Assembly: GCA_964404195.1 (NCBI GenBank)
Contig: CAYOJC010000006.1
Coordinates: 16,820-80,819 of the forward strand
Direction: 5' to 3'
Source of the DNA: an uncultured Syntrophobacteraceae bacterium
GTDB lineage: Bacteria > Desulfobacterota > Binatia > UBA9968
Length of the DNA stretch: 64,000 nt
A program made the translations under genes and the position numbers. Below the pieces are notes generated by a model. The model was given only the letters and a program-made list of their open reading frames with translations, was not told the DNA's origin and searched no databases. Of the stretch, positions 57,769-64,000 are shown piece after piece (the first letter of the stretch is position 1; each line of letters starts with the position of its first letter).

Positions 57769-60048
57769 TCAAGCCTTTTTATCTTTCAATGCGCGCCAGA
57801 CTTTCTCCGGCGTCAACGGGGCGCTGCGGATGCGCACTCCGACCGCGCGTTCGACGGCGTTGGCGATGTTTGCCGCCATTGAATTGAGCGAAGCCTCGCC
57901 GCCGCCTTTGGCGCCGTAGGGGCCGACGCCGTCCTGGTTCTGCACCAGATGCAGATCGATTTTTTTCGGCAGGTCCGAAAAGCGCGGCAGGCGGTAATCC
58001 AAAATGGAGCCGTTCATCAACTGCGGGCCTTGGTAAACGAGCTCTTCGAAAAGACCGATGCCCATCCCCATGGTCGCGGCGCCGATGTCCTGGCCTTCCG
58101 CCAGCGCGGGATTGATCGCCAGTCCGACGTCGCCGACGGTGGCGAGCTTCTCCACGTTGATCTTGCCGGTTTCTTCATCGACGGCGACTTCGATGGCGGT
58201 GCAGGCGGTCTCCCAAAAAACAGGCAGTTGGGAAAATTTTCCGGCCTTGCGAATGTAAGAGCGGCCGATGACTTCGCCGTCGGGGAGCGCGTAGAACTTG
58301 CTGATGACCTCCGACCAGTTGAGCTGGGCTTCGCCGCAGCGCACGCCGCCGCGAATGGCTTGAATCTGCTCGACCTTCACCTTGAGCACGTCCGCGGCCA
58401 TCACGACCATCTGCTGGATCGCTTCGCGGCTCGCTTCCAGAACCGCGCTGCCCATGAGCGTCGTTGTACGGCTCGCGCCGGTCGAGCGGTCATAGGGCGT
58501 GATGGCGGTGTCGGATGAGACTACGTGGACTTTTTCGAATGGAACTCCCAACTCTTCAGCCGCAATCTGCGGAATAACCGTGTGGCTTCCCTGGCCCAGC
58601 TCGGTGCTGCCGATCATGATCGTCACCGAGCCGTCGGCGTGAACGCGCACCGCCGTCGAAGTCAGCGGATAAGCGCCGGCGTCGCTGGTCGAGCACGCGA
58701 CGCTGCGGCCGTGGCCTTTCGGCACGGATTCTTTCAAGCCGATCGCCTTGGCGGCGATTTCCAGATCTTCCTTCAACGTGCCGTCGAACGGACGCATCTT
58801 GGGAAAAAATTCTTCGCCGGGCTTGGCAACGTTGGCCAGACGAAACTCGTAAGGGTCTCTGCCGATCTTTGCCGCCAGCTCATCGATCTGCGATTCGCCG
58901 GGCAGCGTCACCTGGGCGCAGCCGAAGCCGCGGTAAGAGCTGGCCGGCACGGTGTTGGTGTAGAATGAGTAGTTGTCGATCTGTACGTTGGGGATGGCAT
59001 AAGGCCCGACGCAGCGGTTGGTCGATTTCTCGACGACGAGCGGGCTGTTCTCAGCGTAGGCGCCCGTGTTCATGTAAATCTTCGCCTGGCGCGCGATGAT
59101 CTTGCCGTTGGCGTCCACCGCTGTGCGCATCCAGGTGTAGGCGTCGTCGCTCCGCGTCGTGAGCATCGCCTCTTCAATCGTGAGCTGCAATTTGACCGGC
59201 CGTTTGGCTTTCCAGGAACAGGCGGCAGCCAGCGGCTCGATCTTTGTGTACGACTTGCTGCCGTAGCCGCCGCCGACGAACGGCACGATCAAGCGCACCT
59301 GGCTCACTGGTAAATTGAAAATCGATTTCAAATCGTGGCGCACCATGAACGGATGCTGCGCCGAGGAATAGATCGTGACGCTGCTTTCTTGAACGTCGGC
59401 AATCGCGACGTACGCCTCCATCGCGTAGGCATACGTCATGGGAAAATAATATTCGCTTTCGACGACGGCTGCGGCTTTTTTGAAGGCCGCTTCGACGTCG
59501 CCCCATTTGATGTGCGCCTCCTGGCAGATATTCGTCCCCCGGCCGGCGGTGACTTCGCCCTCGAAGCCGCGGAGCGCGCCGGCCTCGAACTTCCTTTCAT
59601 GCAGCAGCGGCGCGTCCTTGGCCATAGCATCGTCGGGAGTCAGCACGGGCTTCAGCTCTTCGTACTTGACGTCGATGTGTTCGAGAGCGCAGAAAGCCGT
59701 GCGCTCGTCGACCGCGACCACCGCCGCTACGGGCTCGCCGGCATAGCGCACTTTGCCGATGGCAAGCAGCGGATGGTCCTTGACCGCGTGACCATAGTAC
59801 GGATTGATACCTTCGAGGTCGTTGCCGGTAATGACGCAGTGAACGCCGGGCAGCGCCGCGGCACGTGAAGTGTCGACGGAAACAATTTTGGCGTGAGCGT
59901 AAGGACTGCGCAGGACTTTTGCGTAGGCCATGCCGGTAAGCTTCAAGTCGCTTACGTACATGGCTTTGCCGCTAACCTTCGCCCGCCCATCGCGGCGCGG
60001 TACGGAATGATTGACTACGTGGAAGTCGGTTTTCTTTTCCGCGCTCAC
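57769..60048 (-). CDS. coxL: molybdenum hydroxylase molybdopterin-binding large subunit (CoxL/XdhA-like)
   Basis: 759 aa, N-terminal PRRDGRAKVSGKAMYVSD..., active-site loop SSYRGFG; 4-nt overlaps with the flanking subunit genes. Confidence 0.85.
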   Translation of the reverse strand: MSAEKKTDFHVVNHSVPRRDGRAKVSGKAMYVSDLKLTGMAYAKVLRSPYAHAKIVSVDTSRAAALPGVHCVITGNDLEGINPYYGHAVKDHPLLAIGKVRYAGEPVAAVVAVDERTAFCALEHIDVKYEELKPVLTPDDAMAKDAPLLHERKFEAGALRGFEGEVTAGRGTNICQEAHIKWGDVEAAFKKAAAVVESEYYFPMTYAYAMEAYVAIADVQESSVTIYSSAQHPFMVRHDLKSIFNLPVSQVRLIVPFVGGGYGSKSYTKIEPLAAACSWKAKRPVKLQLTIEEAMLTTRSDDAYTWMRTAVDANGKIIARQAKIYMNTGAYAENSPLVVEKSTNRCVGPYAIPNVQIDNYSFYTNTVPASSYRGFGCAQVTLPGESQIDELAAKIGRDPYEFRLANVAKPGEEFFPKMRPFDGTLKEDLEIAAKAIGLKESVPKGHGRSVACSTSDAGAYPLTSTAVRVHADGSVTIMIGSTELGQGSHTVIPQIAAEELGVPFEKVHVVSSDTAITPYDRSTGASRTTTLMGSAVLEASREAIQQMVVMAADVLKVKVEQIQAIRGGVRCGEAQLNWSEVISKFYALPDGEVIGRSYIRKAGKFSQLPVFWETACTAIEVAVDEETGKINVEKLATVGDVGLAINPALAEGQDIGAATMGMGIGLFEELVYQGPQLMNGSILDYRLPRFSDLPKKIDLHLVQNQDGVGPYGAKGGGEASLNSMAANIANAVERAVGVRIRSAPLTPEKVWRALKDKKA

Positions 60049-60524
60049 TTCTTTGTGTCCTTAGACGTCATGCCGGCGGCGCGTTGAATCGCGGCAACTA
60101 TGGAGACATAGCCGGTGCAGCGGCAGATGTTGCCGTCCATGTAATGAACGATCTCTTCGCGCGAGGGCTTGGGGTTTTCGTCGAGCAGCGCTTTGGCCGT
60201 GAGAATCATTCCCGGCGTGCAGAAGCCGCACTGAAACGCGAACTCGTCGATGAAAGCCTGTTGGATCGAATGGAGCGTGCCGTCGGGCTTCGCCAGTCCT
60301 TCGATCGTGACGACGTTTTTTCCGCGCGTTTCGTAGGCGAGCAGCGTGCACGAGCTTACCGGAAGCCCGTCGAGGAGGACCGTGCAGGCGCCGCAGACCT
60401 GGACTTCACAGGAAATTTTCGTCCCGGTCAAGTTCAGCCGTTCGCGCAGGACCTCGGCGAGGGTTTCGCAGTGCTCGTACTCGGTCTCGGTCGGTCGGCC
60501 ATTAAGTTGGAAAGCAAGTTTCAT
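60045..60524 (-). CDS. coxS: molybdenum hydroxylase (2Fe-2S) small subunit (CoxS-like)
   Basis: CEVQVCGACTV and CGFCTPG...CRCTGY cluster motifs; start at MKLAF (track ORF N-extension is read-through of the octad repeat). Confidence 0.85.
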   Translation of the reverse strand: MKLAFQLNGRPTETEYEHCETLAEVLRERLNLTGTKISCEVQVCGACTVLLDGLPVSSCTLLAYETRGKNVVTIEGLAKPDGTLHSIQQAFIDEFAFQCGFCTPGMILTAKALLDENPKPSREEIVHYMDGNICRCTGYVSIVAAIQRAAGMTSKDTKK

Positions 60525-60535
60525 AAGCAACCTTA

Positions 60536-60619
60536 ATTGGAGTATTGGAGTACTGGAGTGTTGTTCAAAACGAACAAACAACGCAATCTTCCATTACTCC
60601 ATCACTCCATTACTCCATT
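60536..60619. repeat. octad-periodic hairpin element (three TGGAGTNN units, loop, three inverted units) between the LLM gene and coxS
   Basis: aattggagtattggagtactggagtgttg ttcaaaacgaacaaacaacgcaatctt ccattactccatcactccattactccatt. Confidence 0.6.
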
Positions 60620-60621
60620 TT

Positions 60622-61644
60622 TCAGTCATAGTGCGGCAGGATCTCCTCGGCCCAGAGCGTCATTTGCTTGATGAGACTATCGATCGTCGGATAGATGATT
60701 TTAAGCTCGAAGTGCTGCACGCCCGCCTCGACGAATTCATCGACCCGGCGGCGCACGTCGTCCACGGAGCCGAAGATGTGGCGGTCGAGCGCAAATTGCA
60801 TGCTGTCGATGTCGCGCTCGTAGCTCTGGCTGCTGGTCTTAAGCGTCGGCGTGGCGAGGTTGAGGCCTTCGTCGCGGGTCTTGCCGATGGTCGCGAGTTT
60901 TTCCACGGCGATGGTGATCTTCGACGGGTCGCGGCCGTTCTCTCTGGCGGTCTGAGCGAGAAGATCGCATCCCGCCTTCATCTCTTTCGGAGAAAGCCAG
61001 CCGGGGATCCAGCCTTCGCCGTATTTGCCGGCGCGCTTGGCCGCGAGCTTCATCCAGCCGCCGACCCATACGGGCGGATGCGGCTTTTGCATCGGCTTGG
61101 GAAAAATCTCCGCTTTATTAAACTCGATGAATTTTCCCTTGTAAGAAGCGAGCGGCTCGGTCCAGATCGCTTTCATCGCTTCTATATATTCATCCGTCCG
61201 GTCTCCGCGCTTGTCGTACGACACTCCGAAAACTCCGAACTCGTCCGACTCGCGCGTGGCCTTCGAGCCCAGGCCGACGCCGACGATCAATCGGCCTTTG
61301 CACAGCCAATCCAGCGTCGCGTATTGCTTGGCGGCGTAAATCGGATTGCGGCAAGGCATGACGAGACAAGCCACGCCCAGCGTAATTTTATTGGTCTCCC
61401 CCGCCAGGTACGACAACATCGTCGTCGCCTCGTAAAAATTCGCGTCCTGCGCGTCGGTAATGGCCTCCGCGGCGCCGGAAGAGATGTGATGGCGGTGCAT
61501 CTCCGAGCTCCATACGACGTGGTCGTGCACCCAGATCGAATCGAAGCCCAGTTCTTCGGCCTGCTTGGTCGCTTTGACGATATTCTCGATGCTGGAGAGC
61601 GGGCCCGAATTGGGCACGCGCACGCCGAACTGAATCTTATGCAT
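60622..61644 (-). CDS. LLM-class flavin/F420-dependent oxidoreductase
   Basis: FGVRVPNSGP...EELGFDSIWVHDHVVW...LGVGLGS TIM-barrel LLM motifs. Confidence 0.8.
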   Translation of the reverse strand: MHKIQFGVRVPNSGPLSSIENIVKATKQAEELGFDSIWVHDHVVWSSEMHRHHISSGAAEAITDAQDANFYEATTMLSYLAGETNKITLGVACLVMPCRNPIYAAKQYATLDWLCKGRLIVGVGLGSKATRESDEFGVFGVSYDKRGDRTDEYIEAMKAIWTEPLASYKGKFIEFNKAEIFPKPMQKPHPPVWVGGWMKLAAKRAGKYGEGWIPGWLSPKEMKAGCDLLAQTARENGRDPSKITIAVEKLATIGKTRDEGLNLATPTLKTSSQSYERDIDSMQFALDRHIFGSVDDVRRRVDEFVEAGVQHFELKIIYPTIDSLIKQMTLWAEEILPHYD

Positions 61645-61652
61645 GACGGCTC

Positions 61653-62567
61653 CTAACTTTCGGTGATCGCGATCTTGTCGTACTTCAGATGACGATTATA
61701 CCAATCGACGACGTTGGCGGCGACTTCGTTGAAGTAGTCGTTGTAGATTCCGTAGTGCGTCGTCTGGCGGAAGATCACGAGCTTCTTCGGCTCGCCGGCT
61801 TTTTCGTAGAGCGTTATCGACTGCTGTTCCGGCGTCACCGCGTCGTTTTCGACGGCGACGAAAAGCACGCCGCGCGGCGCGATCTTGTGAACCACGTCCT
61901 CCGGGCTGTACTCGATGATCGCCTCGGCGCATTGCAGCGGCATCCGGTCGGGAATCTTGTCCGCGACTTCTTTTTTGATCGTCGTGGTTTTGCGCTCGGG
62001 CGTCGCGACCATGATCTCTTCGCGCGCGCTGACGATCTCGCCCGCCCCGGTAAGCGCGCGTTTTTTTCGGTCTTCATCGATGCGCTTGAGATAATCGACC
62101 CACTCGTACTCGCGCCGCATGCAATGGAGCCAGTCCCTGCCGTTGCTGATGCCGAGATAACAGACCGCGCACTTGACGCGCTCGTCAATCGCCGCAACAT
62201 AGACGGCATTGCCGCCGCCGGTCCCTCCCGAGCCGTAGGTCGCGATGCGGTTCGGATCGATGTCGGCGCGAGTCTGCATATAGCTGATCGCGTTGCGGAT
62301 GTCTTCCACCTGCCACATCGGCATGACCCATTGGCGCTGCTTGCCTTCACTGTCGCCCCAGCCGCGATAGTCGAAGCACAAGCAGGCGTAGCCGGCCGCG
62401 CAGAGCTTCTCGAACATCAAGGCATAATGCTTGGCGTCCCGGAGGCCGAGAAAGCCGGGACCTTGAACGATCCCGGGATAGGGTTTGCCCTTGTCGTCGT
62501 CGGGCAAATAGATATCGCCGTTGAGTTTGTTGCCTTCGCTGTAGAAACTAATTTTTTCTGTGCGCAT
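61653..62567 (-). CDS. alpha/beta hydrolase (dienelactone hydrolase-like)
   Basis: Nucleophile elbow YGSGGTGG, ...CFDYRGWGDSEG... Confidence 0.75.
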   Translation of the reverse strand: MRTEKISFYSEGNKLNGDIYLPDDDKGKPYPGIVQGPGFLGLRDAKHYALMFEKLCAAGYACLCFDYRGWGDSEGKQRQWVMPMWQVEDIRNAISYMQTRADIDPNRIATYGSGGTGGGNAVYVAAIDERVKCAVCYLGISNGRDWLHCMRREYEWVDYLKRIDEDRKKRALTGAGEIVSAREEIMVATPERKTTTIKKEVADKIPDRMPLQCAEAIIEYSPEDVVHKIAPRGVLFVAVENDAVTPEQQSITLYEKAGEPKKLVIFRQTTHYGIYNDYFNEVAANVVDWYNRHLKYDKIAITES

Positions 62568-62583
62568 TTTTTCCCTCTCGTCG

Positions 62584-63582
62584 CTACGCGCGCAATGCGG
62601 GAAGAACCTCTTTGCCTAGATAGTCGATCTGCTGGTACCAGTCGGCGTAACGGAACCGGAGGTCATAAATGATATGATTAAGCCCGGCTTCCTCATATCG
62701 CTTCGTGTCGCGCGCGATATCCGCCGGTGTGCCGGCGATGAGCAGGCCTTCGATGTCTTCGACCTTGGAGAAGGTGCCGGATGCCGGTTTGACCCAAGTT
62801 TTCTTGCTCGGAGCGTTGCCTTCGTTGATTAGACCCTTGACGTTAACCTTGCTGAGCGCGACGTCTCTGTTCTTATCGATGCTGGTGATAGGGATCGCGC
62901 CGGTGGTAACCATGGGCCGTCCCGCCAGCTTGCACTGCTCTTCGAGGTACTTGACCATCTTATTAAAGGTAGCCGTGGGAATACGTCCGGGCATCCAGCC
63001 GTCGCAGTAATCCGCCGCGCGGCGGCACGAAGCCGGTGTGCCGCCCCCGTACCAAATCGGAATCATTTTGCTCGGCGTCGGTTTGAGCTCAACGTCCTTG
63101 AAGTCGTAATAATCGTCTTTGTAGCTGATCTTTTCACCGGCCCAGAATCGGCGGCAGAGCTGGGCATTGATTTTTGCGATGTTAGCGCGATCTTGTAACG
63201 TAGTCTTCGTATGACCCGCCGCTTCGAATTCATGGGGAAAGGTGCCGAGGCCAAGACCCATGATAATATTACTGTCGCACAACGTGCTGAGGCCCGCCAT
63301 GGACTGCGCCAAATGAATCGGATGGCGGTGCGAGATCATCGTGCCGGTGCCGAGAGTCAGTTTTTTGCAGACCGTCGCGACGGCCGCGAGGATCAACAAC
63401 CCCTCGATATGGGTATTATCCTCGCCCTCCATCCCGTGCGGCTCGAAGACCAAATGGTCTCTGACCCAAACGGAATCGAAACCGTAGGCCTCGGCCTTTT
63501 TCGATCCTTCGATGCACCTCTCGACCGAGCCATACTCGCAAAAATGCGGCAGCAGTAATCCGAACTTTAACTTCGTCGCCAT
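62584..63582 (-). CDS. LLM-class flavin/F420-dependent oxidoreductase
   Basis: KFGLLLPHF...AEAYGFDSVWVRDHLV...LGLGLG. Confidence 0.8.
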   Translation of the reverse strand: MATKLKFGLLLPHFCEYGSVERCIEGSKKAEAYGFDSVWVRDHLVFEPHGMEGEDNTHIEGLLILAAVATVCKKLTLGTGTMISHRHPIHLAQSMAGLSTLCDSNIIMGLGLGTFPHEFEAAGHTKTTLQDRANIAKINAQLCRRFWAGEKISYKDDYYDFKDVELKPTPSKMIPIWYGGGTPASCRRAADYCDGWMPGRIPTATFNKMVKYLEEQCKLAGRPMVTTGAIPITSIDKNRDVALSKVNVKGLINEGNAPSKKTWVKPASGTFSKVEDIEGLLIAGTPADIARDTKRYEEAGLNHIIYDLRFRYADWYQQIDYLGKEVLPALRA

Positions 63583-63601
63583 CTATTATCTCCTTTTCTA
63601 G

Positions 63602-64000
63602 TCACATTCCATATCCTTCCAAAAGCTTATCAAGATCGTTCAAGGCTTTGAGTGAATCGGCTTTTTTAGTCCAAACCACTGCGATCGCCAGCGCGTTGAC
63701 GAGCGAAAAGGCCGGCGTCAGCGAGTTGACCGTCGTGTGGAGCCCGCGCTTGGCGTAAAGGCAGACGTTCGCGGCCTTGGCGATCGGCGAGCTGGGAAAA
63801 TCGGTGATGCCTAAAATCGGCGCGCCGACTTTCTTGGCGTGGTGGAGCGCCGTCTGGACTTCCCGCGGCACGTTCACGAAGTCGATGGCGATGAGAACGT
63901 CGCGCCGCTCCATGAACGCGAGCTGCTCCAAAAGCGAGGTCCCGCCCGTAAGAAAGATCCAGTGCACGTCTTTTTTAACGCGCACGAGCCGGAAATGCAG
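63602..64000 (-). CDS. RpiR/MurR family transcriptional regulator, SIS-domain part (partial; N-terminal HTH lies beyond the window)
   Basis: SIS sugar-isomerase fold motifs DVLIAIDFVNVPREVQTALHHAKKVGAPILGITD; ORF continues past coordinate 64000. Confidence 0.6.
   Translation of the reverse strand: MHFRLVRVKKDVHWIFLTGGTSLLEQLAFMERRDVLIAIDFVNVPREVQTALHHAKKVGAPILGITDFPSSPIAKAANVCLYAKRGLHTTVNSLTPAFSLVNALAIAVVWTKKADSLKALNDLDKLLEGYGM

Overview
This is a high-GC (about 65%) bacterial chromosomal segment. It is rich in F420-type and molybdenum-hydroxylase enzymes, which is consistent with an F420-using soil lineage; the taxon cannot be assigned from the sequence alone. The backbone is mostly housekeeping and redox genes, listed here in order. 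On the plus strand: ispG, proS, pyrF. On the minus strand: an ECF sigma factor, its anti-sigma factor, and thiD. Then a truncated-hemoglobin lipoprotein, a PEP-mutase-family enzyme, a MOSC protein and a GST. Next comes a 1887-aa tandem-duplicated UvrA that appears to lack the UvrB-binding domain. After it are queE, a SAM methyltransferase, and two tandem copies of a two-gene iorAB-like molybdenum oxidoreductase operon. Further on are groES-groEL behind an alpha-proteobacterial-type sigma-32 promoter, an hsp20-lon operon, and a 12-gene complex I operon (nuoA, C, D, E, F, G, H, J, K, L, M, N) with no nuoB and no nuoI. The rest comprises an orphan coxL-like gene, an FDOR, hydrolases, a coxS-coxL-coxM operon, and two LLM oxidoreductases flanking an alpha/beta hydrolase. 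The window ends in a partial RpiR/MurR regulator. Three things stand out. First, a lower-GC gene graveyard at about 25.9-27.5 kb holds hicBA, an uncharacterised HTH-plus-small-protein pair, and 3-prime remnants of iorB, lipA and a RelE-like toxin. Second, there are two previously unnoticed families of intergenic periodic-hairpin repeats, each at two loci: an AT-rich heptad TGCAAAA type and an octad TGGAGTNN type. Third, several further pseudogene remnants sit next to toxin-antitoxin insertions (coxM next to relE-phd) or convergent terminators (hsp20). No rRNA, tRNA, CRISPR array, transposase or integrase was recognised.
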